DNA of 64,000 bases, from positions 9,670 to 73,669 of the forward strand of contig CACMYE010000003.1 in the NCBI GenBank assembly GCA_902617825.1. The letters run 5' to 3'. The notes beneath the pieces are model-generated. The model saw nothing but the letters and a program-made list of their open reading frames with translations. It had not been told where the DNA came from and searched no databases. A program made the translations under genes and the position numbers. Position 1 is the stretch's first letter; every line of letters begins with the position of its first letter. Source of the DNA: an uncultured Pelagibacteraceae bacterium (GTDB lineage Bacteria; Pseudomonadota; Alphaproteobacteria; Pelagibacterales; Pelagibacteraceae). This document shows, piece after piece, positions 10,283 through 21,214 of the stretch.

Positions 10283-11056
10283 TTGAAAAATGATAAATTA
10301 ATAATTGCAAAAAAAAAATTTGATTCAAGGTTAATAGTTGGAACAGGGAAATACAAAAGCATGGCAGAATGTGCAAAGGCAATAAAATTTTCTGGTGCGG
10401 AAATTGTTACGGTTGCTGTAAGACGTGTGAATATTTTAAATAAAAATAAACCACTCCTAATGGACTTCATTGACCCAAAAAAAATTACGTATCTTCCAAA
10501 CACAGCGGGCTGTTTCAACTCAAAAGATGCTTTAAGAACACTAAGATTAGCAAGAGAAATTGGAGGATGGAAGCTAGTCAAGCTTGAAGTTTTAGGGGAT
10601 AAAACGAATTTATTTCCAGACATGATTGAAACCTTAAAAACAACAGAGTTCCTTGCTAAGGAAGGGTTTAGGGTTATGGTTTATTGTAATGATGATCCTT
10701 TAATGGCAAAACGTTTAGAGAATTCAGGAGCAGATGCAATTATGCCTTTGGCGGCACCGATTGGTTCTGGATTAGGAATATTAAATAAAATTAATATCCA
10801 AATTATTCGAAAACAAACTAAACTTCCCGTTATTATCGATGCAGGTTTAGGTCAAGCATCAGACGCAACGATTGCAATGGAGCTTGGTTGTGATGGTGTC
10901 TTAGTAAATACAGCAATAGCAAAAGCAAAAAAACCATTTGAAATGGCATTAGCTTTTAAAAATGCAGTTATAGCTGGAAGACAATCTTACTGCTCAGGTA
11001 GAATATCTAAAACATTAATGGGAAATCCTTCTTCTCCAACTGAAGGAATTATTTAG
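10283..11056 (+). CDS. thiG: Thiazole synthase
   Basis: SRLIVGTGKY, LPNTAGC, VKLEV, MPLAAPIGSG; TTG start. Confidence 0.96.
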   Translation: MKNDKLIIAKKKFDSRLIVGTGKYKSMAECAKAIKFSGAEIVTVAVRRVNILNKNKPLLMDFIDPKKITYLPNTAGCFNSKDALRTLRLAREIGGWKLVKLEVLGDKTNLFPDMIETLKTTEFLAKEGFRVMVYCNDDPLMAKRLENSGADAIMPLAAPIGSGLGILNKINIQIIRKQTKLPVIIDAGLGQASDATIAMELGCDGVLVNTAIAKAKKPFEMALAFKNAVIAGRQSYCSGRISKTLMGNPSSPTEGII

Positions 11057-12851
11057 GTTTTTTATAAAATCTTTTTTTTTTATAAGTTTTTTTATAAGTT
11101 TTTTTTTCTTTATTTTTGATTATTTTATCTTCTTTATTTTGTAGTTCTAAATTTTTAAGTTTTTCATAATACTCAATCAATTCTATAGTTTTTTTAGACT
11201 TATTTTGAATATTTATTATATATTCAGGAATAATTAATGAATTATCACTGATTATATCTAGTTTCATTTTATTTTTTTTTTCAAAATAAGTTAAATCATT
11301 AACAAAGTTTTCTTTTAAAAAATCAGAAATTTTTTTACAAACTTTTAATTCTACAAATTTTGCCTTGTTTAAAACTGCTTTTAATTCAACAATTTTAAGG
11401 AGTTTCTGTGCAAACGACTCGTCGGTCAAAGTAACTTTCCATTTAATGGCACTTTCTCTTAATCTTTGCCTAGACATTTCTAAAAGACCAAAGTTACTTA
11501 TTCTGCCTATCTGTATTCTTGCCCTATCTGACCTGCATTTTTCTTTTAGTTTTCTCTCAACCAATCGTCTGTTTCCATAACTTAACATGTCAATAAAATC
11601 TATTATAATTAAACCAGATAAATCTCTTATTTTAATTTGTCTTGCAATTTCCTCTGCTGCTTCGACGTTTGTATCTAACGCAGTGCTTTCAACATTTTTA
11701 CCTTTTATGGAACTTCCTGAGTTTATATCTATGGATACCAATGCTTCAGTGGGGTTAATAACTAAATAACCTCCTGATTTAAGTTTTATTTCAGAGTCAA
11801 AGATTTGATTTAATTTTTGCTCAATATTTTCCTCAATGAACAAAGGTACTTTACCTCTATACTTTTTTACTTTTTTAACACTAGATGGCATCATTGTTTT
11901 CATAAAAGACTGTGCCTTTTTATAACCATCTGTACCCTCTACAAATATATTTTGGGTATTATCATCAAACATGTCTCTTAAAGTTCTTTTAATAATTTCA
12001 CTTTCTTGATGGATAAGTGATGGAGCAATAGAATTAATTGCATTATCTTTGATTTGCCCCCAGGTTTTAACAAGAGTTGTTAAATCATTATTGATTTCAT
12101 TTTTAGTTTTATTACTGCCTGCTGTTCTAACAATTAATCCCATTTCTTTTGGAATTTCGATTTCATTTAAAATTGTTCTTATTTTTTTTCTATCAGAAGG
12201 ATTAAAAATTTTTCTCGAAATACCTCCACCTTTTGGTGTATTCGGCATTAAAACTATATATTTTCCAGCGATCGAAATGAAAGTACTAAGAGCAGCTCCT
12301 TTTTGGCCTCTTTCATCTTTAATAACTTGCACAAGTATAACCTGATTTGGTTTTATAACTTCCTGGATTTTATATCTTTTAAACCTAAACTTATTTTCTT
12401 TCTTTTTTCCTTTTTCCTCTTCAGTATTATTCTTTTCGTTTATAACTTCTTTATTTTCTGCATGATTTTCTATTTCTTTTTCAATAGGATCGTCTATCTC
12501 TAATTTTCCTTCAGCGATATTTTCTTCCTCTTTAGCCTCAACTTGTTTTGATAGTTCTTCTCTAGCTTTCTCTTCTTCCTCTTTAATTTTGTCTAAATCA
12601 GCCTTTGGTATTTGATAATAATCTGATTGAATGTCATTAAAAGACAGAAAGCCATGTCTATCTCTACCAAAGTCAACAAAAGCTGCCTGGAGAGATGGCT
12701 CAATTCTACTTACTTTACCTAAATAAATATTATTTTTTATAAGGTTAGTTTTTAAACCTTCGTATTCATAATCTTCAATATTTTCGTCGGATTTAAGAAC
12801 AACTCTAGTTTCATTTGGATGCGAAGCATCGATATATAAATTTTTTTCCAT
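11049..12851 (-). CDS. rne: Ribonuclease E/G family
   Basis: IDASHPNETRV, EPSLQAAFV, acidic S1 insertion, IDINSG, IIDFIDM; short C-terminal region. Confidence 0.93.
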   Translation of the reverse strand: MEKNLYIDASHPNETRVVLKSDENIEDYEYEGLKTNLIKNNIYLGKVSRIEPSLQAAFVDFGRDRHGFLSFNDIQSDYYQIPKADLDKIKEEEEKAREELSKQVEAKEEENIAEGKLEIDDPIEKEIENHAENKEVINEKNNTEEEKGKKKENKFRFKRYKIQEVIKPNQVILVQVIKDERGQKGAALSTFISIAGKYIVLMPNTPKGGGISRKIFNPSDRKKIRTILNEIEIPKEMGLIVRTAGSNKTKNEINNDLTTLVKTWGQIKDNAINSIAPSLIHQESEIIKRTLRDMFDDNTQNIFVEGTDGYKKAQSFMKTMMPSSVKKVKKYRGKVPLFIEENIEQKLNQIFDSEIKLKSGGYLVINPTEALVSIDINSGSSIKGKNVESTALDTNVEAAEEIARQIKIRDLSGLIIIDFIDMLSYGNRRLVERKLKEKCRSDRARIQIGRISNFGLLEMSRQRLRESAIKWKVTLTDESFAQKLLKIVELKAVLNKAKFVELKVCKKISDFLKENFVNDLTYFEKKNKMKLDIISDNSLIIPEYIINIQNKSKKTIELIEYYEKLKNLELQNKEDKIIKNKEKKTYKKTYKKKRFYKKPK

Positions 12852-12954
12852 AATATTGTAATTGTTGGTTTCATTAAATTTTCTATGTTAAAATAAATTT
12901 TGTTTAATTCTTGTGCCTTATCTTTAACAAATTCCAAGATATAATGGAATTAAA

Positions 12955-15291
12955 ATGCATAAGTTTTTAAAGAAATTTCTTCTTATTTCTACATCTATAG
13001 TTCTTTTAACAAGTGTTTTGATAGTTGGTGTCTTGTGGACTTATTCAAATGACATTCCTGATTATAAATTTTTAAAAAACTACAAACCATCTGTTTCAAG
13101 CAAGGTTTACTCAGGTGAAGGAGAGCTTGTTGCAGACTTTTCTCAAGAAAAAAGAGTATTTGTGCCTTACAGTTCAATCCCTAAAAATGTTATAAATGCA
13201 TTTTTATCTGCAGAAGATAAAAATTTTTTTTCACATCCGGGTGTAGACGCTAAAGGAGTATTGAGAGCAGTAGTTAATAATATATCTAACATTATTTCCT
13301 CTAAGCGATTAGAGGGTGCCTCAACAATAACACAACAAGTTGCAAAAAATTTTTTGCTAACAAATGAAGTGAGTATTAATAGAAAAATTAAAGAAGCAAT
13401 TTTAGCCTTTAGGATCGAAAGAGCACTTTCTAAAGAACGAATTTTGGAATTATATTTAAATCAAATATATTTAGGAAGTGGAGCTTACGGAATAGCAGCT
13501 GCAAGCTTGGAATATTTTGATAAATCAATTAGAGACATAAACTATTCAGAAGCTGCATTATTAGCAGCATTACCTAAGGCTCCAAGTAGGTATAATCCAA
13601 ATAATGATATCGAAGTTGCAAAATTTAGAAGAAATCTAGTTTTAAAAAATTTATTAGATAATAATTATATAACCTCTGAGTGGTATGAGAAATTAAAAAC
13701 TAAAGAAATTGTATTAAGTAAAAATAAGAAAATTTTTCTAGAAGATGCTCAATATTTTATTGAGGATGTAAGAAAAAATGTAATAGAAAACTTTAGCTAT
13801 GATAAAGTATACAAACAAGGGCTCAATATAAATACACCTATCAATTTAGAATTTCAAAAAATTGCTACAAACTCCTTGAGAGATGGATTAATTTCATATG
13901 ATCAAAGAAAAGGTTGGAGAGGACCGTTAACTAGTAAGATTTATAATAGTAATTGGAATAAAGATTTAAAAAAGTTTAATTTAGAAATGTCAATTGGTTG
14001 GTCATTAGCAATAGTAAAAAAAATAAACAAATTCTCAGCAGAAATTGAGACAGAAGATAAAATTCAAGGTGTTATTAAATACAAAGATATTTCTTGGACC
14101 AAAAAAGAATTTAAAAACTTATTGCAACCAGGTGACATTATATACGTGAAAAAAATAAGTGATAAACAATTTAGTTTACAACAATTACCCAAAATTAACG
14201 GAGGAATTATCGTTATGGATCCTTTTACTGGAAGGATTTTGGCACTTAGTGGTGGATTTAGTTTTAAAAAAAGTGAATTTAATAGAGCAACTCAAGCGAA
14301 TAGACAGCCAGGTTCTGCTTTTAAGCCATTTGTTTATGCATTGGCATTAGAAAATAATTATACTCCAACATCGTTAGTATTAGATGCACCTTTGGTTTTA
14401 GATCAAGGTGACGATCTAAAGATGTGGAAACCTGAAAATTATGGAAAAAAATTTTATGGTCCATCTACACTTCGAACTGGACTGGAAAAATCTAGAAATT
14501 TAATGACTGTACGAATTGCTCAGGATCTTGGTGTTGAAAAAATTGTAAATATTTCAAAAGATCTCAAAATTTATGATAATCCAGAGGAATTATTGTCTAT
14601 ATCACTAGGTTCTGCTGAGACTACCCTTATAAATTTAACGTCAGCTTATTCAGCTTTTGTAAATGGTGGAAAACTAATTGAGCCAATACTAATTGATAGA
14701 ATTCAAGATAGTGAAGGTAATACTATATACAATAATAACTTGAGACAGTGTATAGATTGTGATCAAATTTCCTACTTGAGTAACGATTATCCAAAAATAC
14801 AAAATAACTATAAGCAAGTTTTTTCGCCTGAAACTGCATATCAAATGATCTCAATTCTTGAAGGTGTAGTACAGAGAGGTACAGGAAAAAAACTAAGAGA
14901 CTTGAACTTAAATATTGCTGGCAAAACTGGAACAACAAACAAAAACACAGATACCTGGTTTATTGGCTTTACCTCAAACTTATTAGTGGGTGTTTATGTT
15001 GGTTCAGATAGCCCTTCACCTCTTGGAAAATATGAAACTGGCTCAAAAACTGCACTACCAATTTTTAAGGATTTTATTCAGCAAGCTGTGAAAAAATCAG
15101 ATGCAAGACCCTTTAAGGCAGCCAAAGATACAATCATGATGGTAGTAGATCCTAAAACAGGCCAAAAAGCTAAATTTTCCACAAAAAATACAATAATAGA
15201 GGTCTTTAAAAAAGAAAATGTAGTAAATGGAAAAGTTCTTTACTCAAATACAGATAGATTAGAAAGCAATAATATACTAAAGTTTTACTAA
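12955..15291 (+). CDS. mrcA: Penicillin-binding protein 1A
   Basis: AEDKNF, GASTITQQVAKN (transglycosylase); QPGSAFKPF, SRN, KTG (transpeptidase). Confidence 0.95.
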   Translation: MHKFLKKFLLISTSIVLLTSVLIVGVLWTYSNDIPDYKFLKNYKPSVSSKVYSGEGELVADFSQEKRVFVPYSSIPKNVINAFLSAEDKNFFSHPGVDAKGVLRAVVNNISNIISSKRLEGASTITQQVAKNFLLTNEVSINRKIKEAILAFRIERALSKERILELYLNQIYLGSGAYGIAAASLEYFDKSIRDINYSEAALLAALPKAPSRYNPNNDIEVAKFRRNLVLKNLLDNNYITSEWYEKLKTKEIVLSKNKKIFLEDAQYFIEDVRKNVIENFSYDKVYKQGLNINTPINLEFQKIATNSLRDGLISYDQRKGWRGPLTSKIYNSNWNKDLKKFNLEMSIGWSLAIVKKINKFSAEIETEDKIQGVIKYKDISWTKKEFKNLLQPGDIIYVKKISDKQFSLQQLPKINGGIIVMDPFTGRILALSGGFSFKKSEFNRATQANRQPGSAFKPFVYALALENNYTPTSLVLDAPLVLDQGDDLKMWKPENYGKKFYGPSTLRTGLEKSRNLMTVRIAQDLGVEKIVNISKDLKIYDNPEELLSISLGSAETTLINLTSAYSAFVNGGKLIEPILIDRIQDSEGNTIYNNNLRQCIDCDQISYLSNDYPKIQNNYKQVFSPETAYQMISILEGVVQRGTGKKLRDLNLNIAGKTGTTNKNTDTWFIGFTSNLLVGVYVGSDSPSPLGKYETGSKTALPIFKDFIQQAVKKSDARPFKAAKDTIMMVVDPKTGQKAKFSTKNTIIEVFKKENVVNGKVLYSNTDRLESNNILKFY

Positions 15292-16386
15292 TGAATGATA
15301 ATTTTCAAAATTATAAAGAAGAAATAGATAAAATAAATCAAAGAATTAAGGAGTATCTTTGAAAATAATAATATTTATTCAAAACTTCAGTCTCTAAATA
15401 TAAAAATGCTAGAAGCCAATTTCTGGCAAGATAAAAGTAATTCTCAAAAAGTAGTCAAAGAAAAGAAATTTTTTGAGGATTTAATAAATTCTCTAAATTC
15501 ATCTGTTGAAAAATTAAATGATTTTGAAGATTTAAATGAATTAGCTTTGGAGGAAAATAATTTGGTTGTCCAAGGTGAAATTATACAGAATATTAAACAA
15601 CTAAGATTGGAAATAAAAAAAAGTGAAATCAAATGTTTTTTATCAAACGAAGCAGATTCATTAGATTGCTATATTGAGATTCATGCAGGTGCTGGAGGTA
15701 CTGAGAGTCAAGATTGGGCTGATATGTTAAGACGAATGTATTTAAAATGGTCTGATAAAAAGAATTTTAAATCTAACTTAATAAGTGAACATAAAGGAGA
15801 TGAGGCTGGAATTAAGTCAGCAACAATAAAGATAGAAGGGGATTACGTTTTTGGTTGGCTTAAAAAAGAATCTGGTATTCATCGTTTGGTTAGAATATCT
15901 CCATTCGACTCAGGTGCGAGAAGACATACTAGTTTTGCAAGTATTTGGATATATCCAGTTGTTGACGAAAATATTAATATAGAAATTTCTGAAAAAGATT
16001 TAAGAATAGACACTTATCGATCTAGTGGAGCAGGTGGCCAACATGTTAATACTACTGATAGTGCAGTAAGAATTACTCATTTACCTTCCAAAATTGTTGT
16101 ACAGTGTCAAAATGAGAGGTCTCAACATAAAAATAAAGAGACATGTATGAATATGTTAAAAGCCAGATTGTACGATCATGAAATCAAGAAAAGAGAGGAA
16201 CAAAATCAAAATAAAGAAAATTCAAAATCTGAAATTGGTTGGGGCCACCAAATAAGATCCTATGTGCTACAACCTTACAGGTTAGTTAAAGATAATCGAA
16301 CAAATTTTGAAAGTACTAGTCCAGATAAAATTTTAGATGGTGATCTGGATGAATTTTTAGAACAATCACTCTATAAAATTAAATGA
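15291..16386 (+). CDS. prfB: Peptide chain release factor 2, decoded by +1 programmed frameshift
   Basis: ATG 15291 opens 23 codons ending CTT-TGA (15357-15362); the +1 frame from 15361 is in frame with the 15406 ORF; SPF and GGQ motifs. Confidence 0.95.
15348..15363 (+). other. RF2 autoregulatory +1 frameshift site
   Basis: AAGGAG-TAT-CTT-TGA-A: internal SD, slippery CTTT, in-frame UGA. Confidence 0.93.
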
Positions 16387-18800
16387 GAAAATTTTTATTA
16401 AAGTTTTTTATAGCAATCACAATTTTAATTTTTTTAACAATAATTTATTTAAGTACTATTGGAGTTGAAACAGAAAGTTTTAATGAACAGGTAAAAAATA
16501 AAGTTAACGAGAGTAATAAAAATTTACAAATAAATCTAAAAAAAATAAAAATTAAATTAGATCCACTTAGACTAAAATTTAATGCCAAAACTATTGGTGC
16601 TACTGTTTATTATTATAATAAACCACTTGAATTAGAATATATAGGAACAGAGGTATCTCTTGTGTCAATAATTAAAACTAAATTTGTTTCATCAAATCTT
16701 GAAATAATATCAAAATCAATGCCACTAGGTGATTTAATTAAATTTGCTAGGACAGCTTACAAAGGTCCAGAATTATTTATTTTAGAAAAAATTTTAAAAA
16801 AAGGTCACATAATATTTGATTTAAAAATTAATTATGACGAAAACGGAAAAATTAAAGATGACTTTGAAATAAATGGAATAATAAAAAACGGAAAAATTCA
16901 ATTATTAAATAATTATATTTACGAAAAAATTAATTTTACATTTAATTTAAAGAAACAAGAATCTAAATTCCAAGAAATAAAATTTTCGACAAACAAAATA
17001 GATTTTTTTTCCGAGAAGGTAAAAGTTAAGCAAAAAGAGGATATTTTTTATATAGATGGAATTGTTAAAAATAAAAATGCTGCTTTAACGAAGAATTTTT
17101 TAAAAATAGTAAACTTAAATTTCAAAAATATTAATTTTGATAACACGACTTTCAGTTCAACTAATAGTTTTAGTTTTGAAGTTAACAAAAGTTTTAAATT
17201 AAAAAATATGTTTCTTAAGTCCAATATTGATTTAGATCAGTTTAAATTTAATAGAGAAAGTTATATCTCAGACTTTTTCTCAAAAATAAATGAGGAAATT
17301 GTTTTGAAAAAACATAAGTTAAAATTAGAGTATAGTAAAAATTTATTATCAATTATTGGTGAAGGAGAAATAAAATTAGAAGAAAATTTTAATAAAATTG
17401 ACTATATTTTCAAAAATAATAATCAAGGTTTTAATATTCAATCGAATTTAACTTTAGATACTATTAGTTTAAGAAAACAACATTTTATTGATGCTTTTTT
17501 CCCATCTGCTAATGAGAATATTAATCTAAAAAACCAAAAATTAAATATTAAATATAATAATAAAAAATTGACTTTAGCAGGCGAGGGTAAGATAAAAGTT
17601 GATGATGAATTTGAGAGTATAAAATATTTAATATCAACAAAAAATAAAAAAATTAATTTTGATTTAGATTTAAATTTAAACAAAACAGATTTTGAAGTAA
17701 ATTTTTTTAATTATAAAAAAAACAACAAAATAGACACTCAATTAAAAATTGATGGTTATTATGAGCAAGATAAAAATCTTTCTTTAAATAATCTAACTAT
17801 TTTAGAAGACAAAAATAAAATTGCACTAAGTAACCTTATCTTAAATAAGAATAATTTAATTATTAATTTTGATTATATTGAGTTTGATTATTTAGACACT
17901 GAGAAGAAGTTAAACAAATATTCTATAAAAAGAATAAAAAAAAACGATTATGACATAATTGGCTTTAGTCTAAATGCAAATACCTTAATTGCAAATCTTT
18001 TAAAAAGTAATGATAAAAAAAGAAATAATATTTTTCAAAATAATATTATTTTAAATATAAATTTAGATAAAGTTTCTTTAGATGAAATTAATTATATTTC
18101 AGATTTAAAAGGAAAAGTATTTTTTATAGATAATAATGTGGTAGATGCTAATTTATCTGCATTTTTTGATGATAAAAAAAATATATCATTTTCAATAAAT
18201 AGCGATGAGGAAAATAATAAAGTAACTACACTATACTCCTCAAAAGCGAAACCGTTAGTTGATCGATATAAATTTATTAAAGGATTTGATGATGGATATC
18301 TAGATTTTTATTCATCTAAAAAAGGTAATATTTCTAAATCTAAACTTAATATTTATGATTTTAAACTTAAAGAATTACCAATTTTAACAAAAATCCTTAC
18401 CCTTGCTTCCCTACAAGGTATTGCAGATATTTTATCTGGAGAGGGAATTAGATTTGACGAATTTGAAATGAATTTTAAAAATCAGGGAGATGTAATGACA
18501 ATTGAAGAGATTTATGCAATTGGTCCTGCAATTTCAGTATTAATTAGTGGATATGTCGAGGATGATAAACTAATTAGCCTAAGAGGGACACTAGTGCCAG
18601 CAACCACTATTAATAAAACAATAAGCACAATACCAGTTCTTGGGAAAATTTTAGTTGGGAACAAAACAGGAGATGGAGTTTTTGGAGTAAGTTTTAAAAT
18701 TAAAGGGCCACCTAAAAAACTAGAAACTAGTGTAAATCCAATTAAGACATTGGCCCCAAGATTCATAACTCGAACTTTAGAAAAAATTAAAAAAAATTAA
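16383..18800 (+). CDS. AsmA-like/YhdP-type envelope protein with C-terminal AsmA_2-like domain
   Basis: N-terminal TM anchor, beta-rich body, C-terminal GTLVPA..INK.I..IPVLGKILVG...GVFGVSF.IKG motif; next to tyrS. Confidence 0.75.
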   Translation: MRKFLLKFFIAITILIFLTIIYLSTIGVETESFNEQVKNKVNESNKNLQINLKKIKIKLDPLRLKFNAKTIGATVYYYNKPLELEYIGTEVSLVSIIKTKFVSSNLEIISKSMPLGDLIKFARTAYKGPELFILEKILKKGHIIFDLKINYDENGKIKDDFEINGIIKNGKIQLLNNYIYEKINFTFNLKKQESKFQEIKFSTNKIDFFSEKVKVKQKEDIFYIDGIVKNKNAALTKNFLKIVNLNFKNINFDNTTFSSTNSFSFEVNKSFKLKNMFLKSNIDLDQFKFNRESYISDFFSKINEEIVLKKHKLKLEYSKNLLSIIGEGEIKLEENFNKIDYIFKNNNQGFNIQSNLTLDTISLRKQHFIDAFFPSANENINLKNQKLNIKYNNKKLTLAGEGKIKVDDEFESIKYLISTKNKKINFDLDLNLNKTDFEVNFFNYKKNNKIDTQLKIDGYYEQDKNLSLNNLTILEDKNKIALSNLILNKNNLIINFDYIEFDYLDTEKKLNKYSIKRIKKNDYDIIGFSLNANTLIANLLKSNDKKRNNIFQNNIILNINLDKVSLDEINYISDLKGKVFFIDNNVVDANLSAFFDDKKNISFSINSDEENNKVTTLYSSKAKPLVDRYKFIKGFDDGYLDFYSSKKGNISKSKLNIYDFKLKELPILTKILTLASLQGIADILSGEGIRFDEFEMNFKNQGDVMTIEEIYAIGPAISVLISGYVEDDKLISLRGTLVPATTINKTISTIPVLGKILVGNKTGDGVFGVSFKIKGPPKKLETSVNPIKTLAPRFITRTLEKIKKN
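17220..17663 (+). repeat. Tandem 74-codon internal duplication in the AsmA-like gene
   Basis: SNIDLD..FF..INEEI.LK..KL...Y....L...GEG.IK (17220-17441) aligns without gaps to SNLTLD..FF..ANENI.LK..KL...Y....L...GEG.IK (17442-17663); 26/74 identities by hand count. Confidence 0.85.
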
Positions 18801-20026
18801 TTTAGCTCAACTTTAATATGTCTTTTTTTTCCTATAGATAACTTGAGGTAATTTTCTTTAAAAAGATTGCGATCAATAATAAATTTTTCGTTTGATATTA
18901 TATTATCATTAATTTTTATTGCATTTCCTTTTATAAGTCTTCTTATCTCACTTTTAGAATTTTCTAATTTAGATAGTAAAATAAAATCTAATAAGTTAAT
19001 TTTTTTATTAATATTTTCTAATGAAATATTTACGGAAGGTAAATTTGAACCAAGTAAATTCCCTGAAAATGCCTCTTTTGCAGCCTGTTCTGAGTTTTTC
19101 GCTGCCTTTTCGCCATGAAGCAAAGATGTAGTTTTATTTGCAAGCAATATTTTTAATTCATTTATATTTTTTTTTTTTAATTTTTCTATCTCGCTAATTT
19201 CAAGATCAGTAAACATTTTTATAAATTTAATCACATCCCTGTCATCAATATTTCTCCAAAATTGCCAGTAATCATAAGCTGATAAAAATTTTTCATCTAA
19301 CCAGACTGCACCATTTTCTGTTTTACCCATTTTTGAACCTGTCGCTAAAGTAATTAGTGGAGTAGTCAAACCAAAAGTTTGATTATTAGAGTATCTTTTA
19401 ATAAGCTCAACGCCATTCACAATATTACCCCACTGATCAGAACCACCAATTTGTAAAACACAATTTTCTTTTTTATTTAATTCTAAAAAATCATATGCTT
19501 GCAAAATCATATAATTAAATTCCATATAACTTAAAGATTGCTCTCTATCTAATCTTAATTTGACACTATCAAAAGTTAACATCCTATTAATAGTAAAGTG
19601 CTTTCCAATGTCTCTTAGGAAAGATATGTAATTCAAATTTTTTAACCAAGTAAAATTATTTACAAATATTGGTTTTATAGTTGGGTCATCATTGTCTAAA
19701 AATTTTTTAAGAATATTTTTAATATTTTGAATATTTTTTTCAATTTCTTCTTCACTTAAAATTTTTCTAGTTTTATCTTTTCCTGAAGGGTCACCAATTC
19801 TAGTAGTCCCACCACCAAGTAAAACTATAGGACGATGTCCATTTTTTTGAAGTAATCTTAAACACATTATTTGCAGCAAGCTGCCAACATGTAAACTCTC
19901 TGCGGTGCAATCAAAACCAATATAAGCTTTTATTTTTTCTTTATTTAGTAGATTTGATAATTCATCCTCACTAGTACATTGGTAGAAATATCCACGATCT
20001 TTAAATTCTTTTAAAAATTTATTCAT
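18797..20026 (-). CDS. tyrS: Tyrosine--tRNA ligase
   Basis: YIGFDCTA.SLHVGS, QIGGSDQWGN, KMGKT. Confidence 0.97.
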   Translation of the reverse strand: MNKFLKEFKDRGYFYQCTSEDELSNLLNKEKIKAYIGFDCTAESLHVGSLLQIMCLRLLQKNGHRPIVLLGGGTTRIGDPSGKDKTRKILSEEEIEKNIQNIKNILKKFLDNDDPTIKPIFVNNFTWLKNLNYISFLRDIGKHFTINRMLTFDSVKLRLDREQSLSYMEFNYMILQAYDFLELNKKENCVLQIGGSDQWGNIVNGVELIKRYSNNQTFGLTTPLITLATGSKMGKTENGAVWLDEKFLSAYDYWQFWRNIDDRDVIKFIKMFTDLEISEIEKLKKKNINELKILLANKTTSLLHGEKAAKNSEQAAKEAFSGNLLGSNLPSVNISLENINKKINLLDFILLSKLENSKSEIRRLIKGNAIKINDNIISNEKFIIDRNLFKENYLKLSIGKKRHIKVELN

Positions 20027-20071
20027 AAGTCTATAGTTACAATATACAAATTTTTAATAAAAAGAATATCA

Positions 20072-21214
20072 ATGAAACAAAAGTTATATACATCTATGGG
20101 ATTAATGAGTGGAACTTCAATGGATGGAGTAGATATATCAATAATACAATCTGATGGGCAATATCAATTTTACAACATTTTAGACGAGTATTTTGATTAT
20201 GATGTCAAACTACAGACTGAGTTAATTAGATTAAGAAATTTAGTTTTAGATAAGAATGATTTATCTAAATATTCTAAAGAATTGGGAAATCTAGAGAGAA
20301 AAATCACAGTTTTTCATGCAGAAAAAATAAAGCAAATATTATTAAAATATAAGCATAAAATTGATCTAATTGGTTTTCATGGCCAAACAATATTTCACGA
20401 GCCTCAAATAAAAATTACAAAACAACTTGGAGATGGAAAGCTCTTATCTCAATTATTAAAAATAAAGGTAGTGTATGACTTTAGACAAAAAGATATTGAA
20501 AATGACGGACAAGGAGCCCCTTTGACGCCAATATTTCACTATCTGATATCCACTATTGTGAATGAAAAATTCAAAACAGGATTTCCGATAGGATTTATAA
20601 ACATTGGAGGAATAACAAACCTTACTAAGATTATAAGTATTTCAAGTAATTTTGAAAATAATATTACTGCTTATGATATTGGACCTGGAAATTGTTTGAT
20701 AGATGATTGGGTTAGAAAAAATTCTCATAAAAAATTTGATGAAAACGGGAGTATATCAAAAGCAGGAAAAATTAATCAATTAATTACTAATCAAATCACT
20801 GAAAATTTTAACATAGATACATACACAAAATCTTTAGATATTAAAGATTTTGATAATTCATTTGCCAGAGGTCTCACATTTGAAAATGGTTGCTCAACAA
20901 TAACTAACTTTACAGGCTATCTAATAGCTAAAGGAATAGAAAATATAGGCACTGATAGTAAAATTAAATACTTAATTTCAGGGGGTGGAAGAAAAAATAT
21001 TGCTTTAATAGATTGTATTAAAGAAAATCTTAACAATAAAAACAATTTTGTTTTAGATAGTATAGATAACTATGGTTTCAATGGTGACTACATAGAATCG
21101 CAAGCATTTGGATATTTAGCTATTAGATCATTTTTAAATTTACCAATATCATTTCCAAATACTACAGGATGCACAAATCCAACTGTTGGTGGCAAACTTG
21201 TAAAAAATTATTAA
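20072..21214 (+). CDS. anmK: Anhydro-N-acetylmuramic acid kinase
   Basis: GLMSGTSMDGVD, GFHGQT, GQGAPL, NIGGI, DIGPGN. Confidence 0.94.
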   Translation: MKQKLYTSMGLMSGTSMDGVDISIIQSDGQYQFYNILDEYFDYDVKLQTELIRLRNLVLDKNDLSKYSKELGNLERKITVFHAEKIKQILLKYKHKIDLIGFHGQTIFHEPQIKITKQLGDGKLLSQLLKIKVVYDFRQKDIENDGQGAPLTPIFHYLISTIVNEKFKTGFPIGFINIGGITNLTKIISISSNFENNITAYDIGPGNCLIDDWVRKNSHKKFDENGSISKAGKINQLITNQITENFNIDTYTKSLDIKDFDNSFARGLTFENGCSTITNFTGYLIAKGIENIGTDSKIKYLISGGGRKNIALIDCIKENLNNKNNFVLDSIDNYGFNGDYIESQAFGYLAIRSFLNLPISFPNTTGCTNPTVGGKLVKNY

